Below are positions 8,785 through 17,660 of a stretch of 64,000 nucleotides of DNA, piece after piece. The notes below the pieces were generated by a model that saw only the letters and a list, made by a program, of their open reading frames with translations, was not told the DNA's origin and did not search any database. How positions within the stretch are numbered: position 1 is the stretch's first letter; each line of letters begins with the position of its first letter. A program made the translations under genes and the position numbers. The DNA comes from Pseudomonadota bacterium. GTDB taxonomy: Bacteria; Pseudomonadota; Gammaproteobacteria; Steroidobacterales; Steroidobacteraceae. The stretch spans positions 5,424-69,423 of the forward strand of contig JAFEDU010000008.1 of assembly GCA_018241425.1 (NCBI GenBank). The letters run 5' to 3'.

Positions 8785-9165
8785 CTACGCGCGCGTACCT
8801 CGGCATTTAGGGCAGCCACTGCATCCCCAGAACTCTCGCCCTGCATAAGTGCCCTGCTTCGCCACTCGCCGAACCATCGAGCTCCCGCACTTGGGGCACG
8901 ACGGACTCCGGGGAGCCGGAACCTGCGCCGGTCGGATCGACGCACTGAGCGCCCGTCCATCCACCACAAAGCCGCCGGCTGCCTTTTGAGCGGCAACCAC
9001 GCCGTTCAGCTCACGAATCACCTGCACCCCTACCCGCTCGACCTTCCAGTGTTTGCACTGCACCAAATAGCGCTCCAGAGCCCTTGCACCGCACCAGGTC
9101 TACGCCTCCATCCGGCGCTGCCCTGCCGGTCTCCTGAACCTTGTAGCCCTGCCGCCGGAACCACT
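8785..9165 (-). pseudogene. Mrr-cat type restriction endonuclease with C-terminal topoisomerase-type zinc ribbon: 5'-truncated and frameshifted remnant
   Basis: Frame A reads EWFRRQGYKVQETGRAAPDGGVDLVRCK. Frame B continues ALERYLVQCKHWKVERVGVQVIRELNGVVAAQKAAGGFVV and then CPKCGSSMVRRVAKQGTYAGREFWGCSGCPKC. The frames switch near 9076-9098, and no start codon or N-terminal region is present. Confidence 0.7.
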
Positions 9166-9298
9166 CCGGTCTGTGACGCAGATTCCACGAAACGTGGTCC
9201 CGCTCCCCGGGTGGCGGGTGGCCCCGCGACCGCCCTCATTGCCTGTGCCAGTCTCTCGAAGGCATCCTTTCAACGACAGACAACACGATAGGAACTCC

Positions 9299-12121
9299 GT
9301 GAGACAGCTATGTCGGGTCAGCACGCTGCTCGTGATTTGCGGGGCATTGTTTGTCGGGGCGTCCGCGAGAGCCGCGGTTACCCCAGAGATGGAGAAGCTC
9401 GTTCGAGCGGCAACGTTCGAAGTAGTCCTGAAGAAGCCTGTTAGCGATCCGCTCACTTACGAGAAGCCCCTGCCGCTCGAGCTGATCCCGTTCAAGGAGC
9501 GTACAGATCCCTATCGCTCGCTAGGGACCGCTTTCTATTTGGGCGCCAATACCTACGCGACCGCCGCTCACGTATTCCTGCTGGCCGTGGACAGCCAGTA
9601 CGGCGCGCCGCTCATCCGCAGTTCCAGCGGTCAGGTCTACGCCATCAGGTCGATCCTGAAGCTATCGGTCCACGAAGACTTCGCGCTCTTCTCCCTGGCG
9701 GAAGACCCGTCACCGCCGGCGCTTGAGACCAACCGTTCGCCTAAGATCGATGATCCGGTGTTCGCCGTCGGCAATGCCCTCGGTGAGGGGATCGTGATCC
9801 GTGATGGACTGTTCACGTCGCAGACCCCGGAGATCCAGGACGGTCGCTGGCAGTGGATACGCTTCTCTGCGGCCGCATCACCGGGTAACAGCGGAGGCCC
9901 GCTACTTGACGCGCAGGGGCGGGTGATTGGGCTCGTCACTGCCAAATCGCCGAACGAAAACCTCAACTACGCGCTACCCGTCGCCAATATCCTCGACGCA
10001 CCGGCTGGAAAAGCTCGTGCTGACCTGCGCTTTCTGGCGTCGGTACCTTTCATGCACAGCACGAAAACCTACCGCGTGACCGATGAGTTCGCGTTGCCCC
10101 TCGATTGGGCTTCGTTTCAGCGGGCGTATCAGAACCTCGTTGATCGTCACGATGCGCAAGCCCGGCAGCAACTTCTGACGGAATACGCCGCTTCCCAGTT
10201 TCCTAAGGGCCCGGGCAGTGATGCGGTCATCTATGAAGTGGACTCCAGGTCGGATCCAGCGGGAATCCTCATCCAGCAGCCCAATGGGCAATGGACGATC
10301 ACGGCCGCGGAGTTCGACACCACCGATCTTCCTCAGGACGGGAAGCTTGGCAAAACTGTAATCCAGGGAGTGACGGTCGTGCGCCTCGAACGCGGCGCAG
10401 AGGCGGCCGACGACGCGTTCTACGCCGACTCGAAGGCATTCATGGATCTTGCCGCCCAGACCCTGGACATTCGACGACAGGTGGGAACCGACTCCGTGCG
10501 GGTGACGTCCCTAGGTTCGGCCAGCTCCGATTCGGTGTGGACGGATCACTATGGTCGTAAGTGGCAGTTGCGGACTTGGCCCTTGCCCTTCATGGACGGC
10601 TACGCCGTCGCGCTGCTGTTACCCACCCCGGACGGCTACCTGGGGCTGGTCAGCTACACCTTGTCACCCTTCCTGCGCCAAGCGAAAGACACTCTTACGC
10701 TGCTCGCAGGCCAGGTAACAACCCCCTATCAGGGCACGTTGCATCAATGGCAGACCTTCCTGCACCGCCGCGCCCTCCTTCCGCGGACGCTCGAGCACGT
10801 TACCCTGGACTCAAGCCCCGTCTGGCGGCTCTCGACCCCCCGCTTCGAATCCGCGGTGCCCGCAAGCGTATTAGGGCTGACCGAGCGCAGCCGGCTCACG
10901 CTGAAGATGGGCTATATCGCCGGCGGCCCCGACCTGACCTGGGAGCCGCTGGGGGTGCGTTGGTACCGTGACCGGCAAGAAAAGGCCTCGGTCAACCTGT
11001 GGCGGCAACCGCGCCCGCCGGACACGACCAAGAGTGAGCTGAAGGACGTGTTCGACGACATCCAGGAAAGCCACAGCCCTTACGACGGGAATCCCGTGCG
11101 AATCAGCAGTGACGCAATCGAGGTCACTACGCGTCTCGAAGCGCCGGGAACAAAGGAAGGTATGGCTTCGGCCGATCTCGTGTACGGGCTGCGATTGCAG
11201 GTGGATGGGCACCCCTCTCCACAGCAATTGGCGGGCGATCTGACCGAAACCCTGCAGGCCACGAAAATACTCGAGCACGGAGGTGGACAGGATGTCGCAG
11301 CGGCGGCTCCGGCCACATTATCCGGGCAATTCGACGGGTTCCTAAAGGCCACGCGAGAGATGGCACAGAAATTCGACGCTGCAGGCCGCGACGTCCGCGG
11401 CCGCTTATTCAGCGAAGACCTTGAGCAGTACATCACCCCGCTTTACCAAGAGGCATACAAGACCCGCTATGACTCGGCGGAGCGCGAAGAGTTGCATAAG
11501 ACCTTCAACGAACGTTCGCACGCGCTCTCGGAATACTGGGGTTTTGCGCGGGGGGTGGTTGAAAACCGCGACATATGGGTCGCGTTTCTCGCTCATAACC
11601 ATCTGCCCGCCGACACGCCACACGGCGTCGGCATAGCAACCGCCGAGGCGAATCTGAACGCCTCTCTCAAGGAGCTTCCGAATCCGTCGTGGGCCCGGGA
11701 TGCACAAGCCCTGACCGATGCCTACGTCGGCGAAAGATCGGCGATGGCTCGAAAACTCGCTGCCGCCACCTCCGAAGCCTCCGTTAGCGTTCGCGCACGA
11801 CAATCCCCCTGTCTAGCACCGACCTCCCGAACTTCCGGTAATACCAAGCCATCTCCCGGTGTGGGCTCGCGACCACTGACGGAATTCTATCCAGAGGATC
11901 TCAGGCGACGAGGCGTGGAAGGGCTGGTCGTTTTGGCGGTACAGGTGAACAGCACAGGCTGTGTTGAGCAGGCGGGCATCGAGGTTTCGTCCGGCGCTGA
12001 TGAATTGGACCAAGCCGCCCTAAGATGGGTCGAAACTAACACCTTCTATCCGGCCGAAAAGGAGGGTAAGGCGGTGGACGGCCTGGGGTCCGTAGCACTC
12101 AACTTTAAGTTGCATCAATAA
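9299..12121 (+). CDS. exported trypsin-like serine protease fused to a large unknown middle region and a TonB C-terminal domain
   Basis: GTG 9299 lies 5 nt after AGGA, inside ORF 9173..12121. Signal peptide LLVICGALFVGASARA. Catalytic triad context AAHV, HEDFALF and SPGNSGGPLLD. C-terminus YPEDLRRRGVEGLVVLAVQVNSTGCVEQAGIEVSSGADELDQAALRWVETNTFYPAEKEGKAV...LNFKL matches TonB_C. GC is clearly lower than the flanks. Confidence 0.85.
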   Translation: MRQLCRVSTLLVICGALFVGASARAAVTPEMEKLVRAATFEVVLKKPVSDPLTYEKPLPLELIPFKERTDPYRSLGTAFYLGANTYATAAHVFLLAVDSQYGAPLIRSSSGQVYAIRSILKLSVHEDFALFSLAEDPSPPALETNRSPKIDDPVFAVGNALGEGIVIRDGLFTSQTPEIQDGRWQWIRFSAAASPGNSGGPLLDAQGRVIGLVTAKSPNENLNYALPVANILDAPAGKARADLRFLASVPFMHSTKTYRVTDEFALPLDWASFQRAYQNLVDRHDAQARQQLLTEYAASQFPKGPGSDAVIYEVDSRSDPAGILIQQPNGQWTITAAEFDTTDLPQDGKLGKTVIQGVTVVRLERGAEAADDAFYADSKAFMDLAAQTLDIRRQVGTDSVRVTSLGSASSDSVWTDHYGRKWQLRTWPLPFMDGYAVALLLPTPDGYLGLVSYTLSPFLRQAKDTLTLLAGQVTTPYQGTLHQWQTFLHRRALLPRTLEHVTLDSSPVWRLSTPRFESAVPASVLGLTERSRLTLKMGYIAGGPDLTWEPLGVRWYRDRQEKASVNLWRQPRPPDTTKSELKDVFDDIQESHSPYDGNPVRISSDAIEVTTRLEAPGTKEGMASADLVYGLRLQVDGHPSPQQLAGDLTETLQATKILEHGGGQDVAAAAPATLSGQFDGFLKATREMAQKFDAAGRDVRGRLFSEDLEQYITPLYQEAYKTRYDSAEREELHKTFNERSHALSEYWGFARGVVENRDIWVAFLAHNHLPADTPHGVGIATAEANLNASLKELPNPSWARDAQALTDAYVGERSAMARKLAAATSEASVSVRARQSPCLAPTSRTSGNTKPSPGVGSRPLTEFYPEDLRRRGVEGLVVLAVQVNSTGCVEQAGIEVSSGADELDQAALRWVETNTFYPAEKEGKAVDGLGSVALNFKLHQ

Positions 12122-12232
12122 GATGCAACGGTTTGAGCGTGATCCACCCGGGGGCCAATTCTAGGCAGGTCGAATCTGTGTGTCGCTCGTGAGGCATCCT
12201 GGGAAAGCGGGGATCCGTGCGATCGCTGCCTA

Positions 12233-12679
12233 TTAAGCCGTCTTCAACTCGTAGGGAACTGTGTCGACCCCCGGGACTTCAAGGCCGGACATTGAGCCCT
12301 CAGCAGCCTCACTTTGGTCGGTTCTTTTGGCCGTAGTCGAGCTCCCCTTTGCCCGGCTACCTTGGGGATCGAGGGCAATGCACTTTTTGTACAGGGCCTC
12401 CGCTTCGTCCCACTTGCACAGCCCTACCAGAGAGTACCCCTGCCCCTGCCAGGCCGGCGTCAGGTCGGTGGTGTTGGTGGAATCATCCGACGCCATTTCC
12501 ATATCTGAAGCCGCTCGCGCGTACAGCGCGATCGAGCGCTCGCGGTTCTTCTGAATTTGCTAGGTATACGCCAGTTCCGCCTTGAACTGGGATCTAATCG
12601 GAGACAGCGCCATCGCCTTCTCGAGAGCCCTCTGTGCCTCGTCGACCCGACGCAGTTCAGTAAGGGCATTCGCCTTCAT
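12233..12679 (-). pseudogene. TPR-repeat protein remnant with an in-frame TAG
   Basis: ORFs 12233..12502 and 12560..13480 share one frame and are separated only by the TAG at 12560-12562. TPR-like segments are AAYLMKANALTELRRVDEAQRALEKAMALSP and GYSLVGLCKWDEAEALYKKCIALDP. The upstream part runs into the pdxH region with no credible N-terminus. Confidence 0.55.
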
Positions 12680-12766
12680 GAGATATGCTGCCCACACGGC
12701 CGAACATAGCCTGCCGCCGCGGGCGCGGCCTGTGCGCAGCCCCCGAAACCTTCTACCATTTGAGCC

Positions 12767-13459
12767 ATGGCCGAGGATTTCACCGAGATGCTGCCCGAGC
12801 CGCTGCCGGCGGACCCGCTGGCGGTCACCGCCCAGTGGCTGAAGGAGGCCTTCGCCGCGAAGTGGCAGCCGAACCCGAATGCGATGGTGCTCGCCACCAG
12901 CAGCGCCGAGGGCCGGCCCACCGCCCGCGTGGTGCTGTGCCGGGACATCGTCCCCGAGCCCGGGTACGTCGTCTTCTACACCAACTACCTCTCGGCGAAG
13001 GGCAAGCAGCTCAAGGACAACCCGCGTGCCGCGGCCGTCATCCACTGGGACGCCATGCACCGCCAGGTGCGCCTGGAGGGGCCGGTCACCTTCACGCCCG
13101 GGGCCGACAGCGACCGCTATTTCGCGCAGCGCGCCTGGCCCAAGCGCATCGCCGCCTGGGCGAGCGCCCAGAGCGAGCCGCTCGCCTCGCGCGCCGCGCT
13201 GCTGCAGTCGGTGAACGAGGCCGCCCAGCGCTTCGGCACGCCCGTGCCGGGCGCCCCGGGGACGGACGAGAGCATCGACCACGACGTGCCGCGCCCGCCC
13301 CACTGGGGCGGCTACCGCCTGTGGGTTGAGGCGATCGAGCTGTGGGTCGAGGGCGACTCGCGCGTGCACGACCGGGCGCGCTGGGTCCGCGAGCTCAGCC
13401 GGCAGGGTGACGGCACGTACCGTCCCTCGGCGTGGTCGGCGACCCGCCTGCAGCCTTAA
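12767..13459 (+). CDS. pdxH: pyridoxamine 5'-phosphate oxidase
   Basis: 230 aa with MVLATSSAEGRPTARVVLCR, the RQVRLEGPV context, PHWGGYRLWVEAIELW and a C-terminal RLQP, all typical of PdxH. Confidence 0.95.
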   Translation: MAEDFTEMLPEPLPADPLAVTAQWLKEAFAAKWQPNPNAMVLATSSAEGRPTARVVLCRDIVPEPGYVVFYTNYLSAKGKQLKDNPRAAAVIHWDAMHRQVRLEGPVTFTPGADSDRYFAQRAWPKRIAAWASAQSEPLASRAALLQSVNEAAQRFGTPVPGAPGTDESIDHDVPRPPHWGGYRLWVEAIELWVEGDSRVHDRARWVRELSRQGDGTYRPSAWSATRLQP

Positions 13460-13503
13460 GCCGGCAGACCGGAAAAGCACCGCCTCAGGAGGGCTCCCCG
13501 CGC

Positions 13504-14277
13504 GTGTGGAAGACCGTCCGCATCCTCATACTGCTCCTGATCCTCGCCGTGGTCGCAGGTCAGCAGCTCATGGACCGCTTCCGCACGCAGAGCTGGAAGG
13601 AGACGCTCTGGGTCGGCGTGTACCCGCTCAACGCTGACGGCTCGCAGACCGCGCAACGCTACATCGAGGCGCTGAAGCCGCAGGATTTCGCCGACATCGA
13701 GGCCTTCCTGACCCGCGAGGGGCACCGCTACGGCCTCACGCTCGAGACGCCCGTGCACATCGAGCTCTACCCGCAGGGCGACACGCTGCCGCCGGTGCTG
13801 CCGCCCGACCCCGGGACGCCGGGCATCGCCTGGTGGTCGCTGAAGCTGCGCTGGTTCGCGTGGCGTCACTCGCACTTCGCCGGCCACGCGCCCTCGCGCA
13901 TCCGCATCTTCGTGCTCTACCACGACCCGTCCACGCTCGAGCGCGTGCCCGACTCGCATGGGCTCCAGAAGGGGCTCATGGGGGTGGTCCACGCCTACGC
14001 CGACGATGCCATGACCGGCAGCAACGGCATGGTCATCGCCCACGAGTTCCTGCACACGGTGGGCGCGAGCGACAAGTACGACCTGGGAGACGGTGCGCCG
14101 CTCTACCCGCAGGGCTACGCCAACCCCGACCAGAGGCCGCTCTACCCGCAGGAGGAGGCCGAGATCATGGCCGGGCGGCGCGCGGTCTCGGCGACCGAGT
14201 TCGAGATCCCGAAGAACCTGCGCCACGTGGTCGTGGGGCCAGCCACCGCGCTCGAGATCCGATGGACGCAGCCGTAG
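13504..14277 (+). CDS. membrane-anchored protein with HExxH zinc-metallopeptidase-like motif
   Basis: Frame of ORF 13432..14277. GTG 13504 follows AGGAGG; ATG 13432 is an alternative. N-terminal TM helix ILILLLILAVVAG. Motif MVIAHEFLHTVGASDKYD. No family name recalled. Confidence 0.7.
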   Translation: MWKTVRILILLLILAVVAGQQLMDRFRTQSWKETLWVGVYPLNADGSQTAQRYIEALKPQDFADIEAFLTREGHRYGLTLETPVHIELYPQGDTLPPVLPPDPGTPGIAWWSLKLRWFAWRHSHFAGHAPSRIRIFVLYHDPSTLERVPDSHGLQKGLMGVVHAYADDAMTGSNGMVIAHEFLHTVGASDKYDLGDGAPLYPQGYANPDQRPLYPQEEAEIMAGRRAVSATEFEIPKNLRHVVVGPATALEIRWTQP

Positions 14278-15044
14278 CGGGCCATGCCCTGAGTGCCCGC
14301 GCGCTCACCGTGCGCGCCGGCACCCGCACCCTGGTGGCGGACCTCGACCTCGACCTGGCGCCCGGCGAGGTGCTCGCCATCCTCGGCCGCAACGGCTCGG
14401 GCAAGACCCTCACGCTGCACACGCTCGCAGGCCTCATGCCGCCGGCGGGCGGCGGCGTGCAGCTTGGGGGCCGGCCGCTTGCGTCGCTGTCGCGGCGCGA
14501 GGTGGCGCAGCGCCTCGGCCTCCTGCCCCAGGACCTCGAGGACGCCTTCGCCACCAGTGTGCTCGAGACCGTGCTGATCGCGCGCCACCCGCACCTGAAG
14601 CTGTGGCAGTGGGAGGGCGCCGAGGACGAGCGCCTGGCGCGCGCGGCGCTGGCGCAGGTGGACATGGCCGACTGCGCCGCGCGGCGCACCGACACGCTCT
14701 CCGGGGGCGAGCAGCGGCGCGTGGCGGTGGCCGCACTGCTCGCGCAGCAGGTGGCGACCTACCTCCTGGACGAGCCCACCAACCACCTCGACCCGCACCA
14801 CCAGCTCGCGGTACTCGCCCTGTTCCGGGGCCTGGCCGACCGCGGCGGCACGGTGCTCACCACGCTGCACGACCCGACGCTCGCGGCACGCTTCGCGGAC
14901 CGCGTGCTGCTCTTGTACGGGGATGGCCGCTGGGAGCTGGGACCGGTGGCGACGGCACTCACGGCCGCGAGCCTGAGCGCGCTGTACCTGACCCCGATGC
15001 TGGAGCTCGGCCAGGAGGGCCGGCGGGTGTTCGTCAGCGCCTGA
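14262..15044 (+). CDS. ABC transporter ATP-binding protein (FecE/BtuD/HmuV-like)
   Basis: ATG 14262 in the frame of ORF 13833..15044, overlapping the upstream gene by 16 nt. Walker A GRNGSGKT, signature LSGGEQRR, Walker B YLLDEPTNHLD. Confidence 0.9.
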   Translation: MDAAVAGHALSARALTVRAGTRTLVADLDLDLAPGEVLAILGRNGSGKTLTLHTLAGLMPPAGGGVQLGGRPLASLSRREVAQRLGLLPQDLEDAFATSVLETVLIARHPHLKLWQWEGAEDERLARAALAQVDMADCAARRTDTLSGGEQRRVAVAALLAQQVATYLLDEPTNHLDPHHQLAVLALFRGLADRGGTVLTTLHDPTLAARFADRVLLLYGDGRWELGPVATALTAASLSALYLTPMLELGQEGRRVFVSA

Positions 15045-15795
15045 AGAGCTCGAGCAGCCGCCCGTGCAGGGCGGCATTCGCGGCCAGCACGCTCGTGGTG
15101 CCGAGCCCCACCGGAGCGCCCTCCAGGTCCGTCATGACCCCGCCTGCCTCGCGCACGATCACGGTCAGCGCGGCGATGTCGAGGATGTTGACGTCGCTCT
15201 CGAGCACCGCGTCCAGTGCGCCGCGCGCAAGCAGGTGGTAGTGCACGAAGTCGCCGTAGCCGCGGATGCGCGCGAGTTGCGGGATGAGCGTGCCCAGGCG
15301 TGCCCAGCGCTCCGAGCGCGCGAGCTCGGCGAGGTTGCCGGTGGACAGGAATGCCTGTGACAGCTCGCTCACCACGCCGACGCGCACCGGCTCGCCGTTG
15401 AGGAAGGCACCGGACCCCTCCTCCGCCCAGGCGATCTCGTCGTACAGCGGGGCGCAGGACACCCCGAGCACCAGGCGCCCGCCCCGTTGCAGCGCGATCT
15501 GGGTGGAGAAGAACGGGGTGCGCCGCACGAAGCTCTTGGTGCCGTCGATCGGGTCGACCAGCCACACCGACTCGCGCTCCATGCCCGAGCGGCCGCCCTC
15601 CTCGCCATAGAACCCATGCCCCGGGAAGCGCTGCGCCAGGTGCGCGCGGATCACCTCCTCCGCGCGCTCGTCCGCCTCCGTCACCGGCGAGCGGTCCGCC
15701 TTCACGCGCACGGCGAGGTCCTGCCGGTACAGCGGGCGGATGACCGCGGCGGCGGCCCGCGCCGCCTCGAGCGCCGCCTCGAGCTCCGGGCTCAC
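15034..15795 (-). CDS. inositol monophosphatase family protein
   Basis: GTG at 15795 overlaps the upstream TGA (GTGA coupling). Motifs SPVTEADERAE, WLVDPIDGTKSF and DIAALTVIVREAGG. Confidence 0.85.
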   Translation of the reverse strand: MSPELEAALEAARAAAAVIRPLYRQDLAVRVKADRSPVTEADERAEEVIRAHLAQRFPGHGFYGEEGGRSGMERESVWLVDPIDGTKSFVRRTPFFSTQIALQRGGRLVLGVSCAPLYDEIAWAEEGSGAFLNGEPVRVGVVSELSQAFLSTGNLAELARSERWARLGTLIPQLARIRGYGDFVHYHLLARGALDAVLESDVNILDIAALTVIVREAGGVMTDLEGAPVGLGTTSVLAANAALHGRLLELFRR

Positions 15796-16859
15796 GCGCG
15801 CGCGCCGCCCGTGGCCAGCGCGCTCCCGGCGGATACTCCCTTGATGAGGCCCAGGCGCGCGAGGCTCTCGACGGTGGCCGTGATGGCCTCCTCGTTGGAG
15901 CGCGGCTGCCAGCCGAGCAGCGTGCGCGCCTTCTGGCTGGAAGCGTTCTTCTGCTGGCCAAGCTGGGAGAGGATTTCCCGCGCCGGGGCATTGCGCAGCG
16001 CCGCGAGCCGCACGACCCAGTTCGGCAGCGTGCGCGTGGAGACCCGCGCGGCGGCCGGGCCGAAACGGGTCTTCAGGAAGCGCGCGATCTCGGTGAGCGT
16101 CATGGCCGGCTCCGCGAGCGCCAGGAAGCGCTGCCCGGCGGCCTGCGGGTGGGTCATCGCCCGCACGTGCAGGTCGGCGACGTCGCGCACGTCGACCACC
16201 CCGAAGGACAGTTTCGGGATGCCCGGCATCTGGCCCTCGAGCATGGCCTTCAGGATCTGGATCGAGGTGGAGAAGTCCGGGCCCAGCACCGGGCCGAACA
16301 CCGCGGTGGGGTTCACCACCGCGAGCTCCAGCGCGCCACCGTCGCGGGCGATGAAGTCCCACGCCGCGCGCTCGGCGAGGGTCTTGGACTTGACGTACGC
16401 GGACAGCGGGGCCGACAGGTCCGTCCAGTCGCTCTCGTCGTAGGGGGCGCGCCGGTTGCGGTGCCCGTAGCCGACGGCCGCAAACGAGGATGTGATGACC
16501 ACGCGCCGCACCCCGGCCGCGCGCGCCGCCTTCAGCACCCGGAGCGTGCCGGCGCGCGCCGGCAGGATGATCTCGTCCTCGTGCTTCGGGACTCCCATCG
16601 GGAAGGGCGAGGCGATGTGCTGGACGTACTCGCAGCCGAGCATCGCCTGCGCCCAGTTGTTGTCGCTCATGAGGTCCGCGGCGACGAAGCTCAGGTCCTC
16701 CCCGGGATCCGGCCCCGCCTGGCGCAGCATGGCGCGCACCTCGCCCTCGCGCTTCAGGTCGCGGACGGTGGTGCGCACCTGGTGGCCCTGCTCAAGAAGC
16801 CTGAGGATCGTGTGGCTGCCGATGAATCCCGAGCCGCCCGTCACCAGTACGATCGCCAT
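15792..16859 (-). CDS. NAD(P)-dependent SDR-family oxidoreductase (epimerase / aldehyde-reductase-like)
   Basis: 355 aa with the N-terminal Rossmann motif IVLVTGGSGFIGSH and a YVKSK catalytic Tyr/Lys context. Confidence 0.85.
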   Translation of the reverse strand: MAIVLVTGGSGFIGSHTILRLLEQGHQVRTTVRDLKREGEVRAMLRQAGPDPGEDLSFVAADLMSDNNWAQAMLGCEYVQHIASPFPMGVPKHEDEIILPARAGTLRVLKAARAAGVRRVVITSSFAAVGYGHRNRRAPYDESDWTDLSAPLSAYVKSKTLAERAAWDFIARDGGALELAVVNPTAVFGPVLGPDFSTSIQILKAMLEGQMPGIPKLSFGVVDVRDVADLHVRAMTHPQAAGQRFLALAEPAMTLTEIARFLKTRFGPAAARVSTRTLPNWVVRLAALRNAPAREILSQLGQQKNASSQKARTLLGWQPRSNEEAITATVESLARLGLIKGVSAGSALATGGARA

Positions 16860-16962
16860 GCGTGTCGCTGCCCTCGAAGTGCGTGTCCGGTCTTGGAGTG
16901 TGTAACGCCGGCGCGCCGGGCGGCAAGCGCGGCCGCGCCGTCATCTGAGGTAGAGTGCGCCC

Positions 16963-17517
16963 ATGGGCAACCGACTGAGCAGGATCTACACGCGCACCGG
17001 CGATGACGGCACCACCGGCCTCGGCGACGGCAGCCGCGTGCCCAAGGACAGCCCGCGCGTGGAGGCCTACGGCACCGTCGACGAACTCAACAGCGCCATC
17101 GGGGTGCTGCTGGCCGTGCCCGGCCTGCCGCCGGACGTGGCCCACTGCCTCACCCGCATCCAGCACGAGCTGTTCGACATGGGCGGGGAGCTTTGCATCC
17201 CGGGCCACACGGCCATCGGCGCAGCACAGGTGAGCCGGCTCGAGGAGGAGCTCGACGCCTTCAACGACGCCCTGCCGGCGCTGAAGGAGTTCATCCTGCC
17301 CGGCGGCGGCCCGGCCGCCGCCGCCTGCCACCTGGCGCGCACGGTCGCGCGGCGCGCCGAGCGGCGCGTGTGGAGTCTCCACCGCAGCGAGCCGGTGGGC
17401 GCGGAGGTCGCGAAGTACCTGAACCGGCTTTCCGACCTGCTGTTCGTGGTGGCGCGGGTGCTGGCGCGCCACGAGAACGGCACCGAGGTGCTGTGGCGGC
17501 ACGACCGGGGCCGCTAG
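16963..17517 (+). CDS. ATP:cob(I)alamin adenosyltransferase, PduO type
   Basis: 184 aa with IYTRTGDDGTTGL, EAYGTVDELNS and FILPGG motifs typical of the PduO/MMAB family. Confidence 0.9.
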   Translation: MGNRLSRIYTRTGDDGTTGLGDGSRVPKDSPRVEAYGTVDELNSAIGVLLAVPGLPPDVAHCLTRIQHELFDMGGELCIPGHTAIGAAQVSRLEEELDAFNDALPALKEFILPGGGPAAAACHLARTVARRAERRVWSLHRSEPVGAEVAKYLNRLSDLLFVVARVLARHENGTEVLWRHDRGR

Positions 17518-17660
17518 CAACGCCGCCGCGCGCGGCGCGGCTCCTCCTCAAGCGATGGAATACTTCACGCGCCTCTCGGGCGCGGACCGCAGGGCGCTCC
17601 CGCGCATCATGCGCACGCGCCACGCACGGCGTGGCGGCGCTCAGGGAGCGCTGAGGGAGT

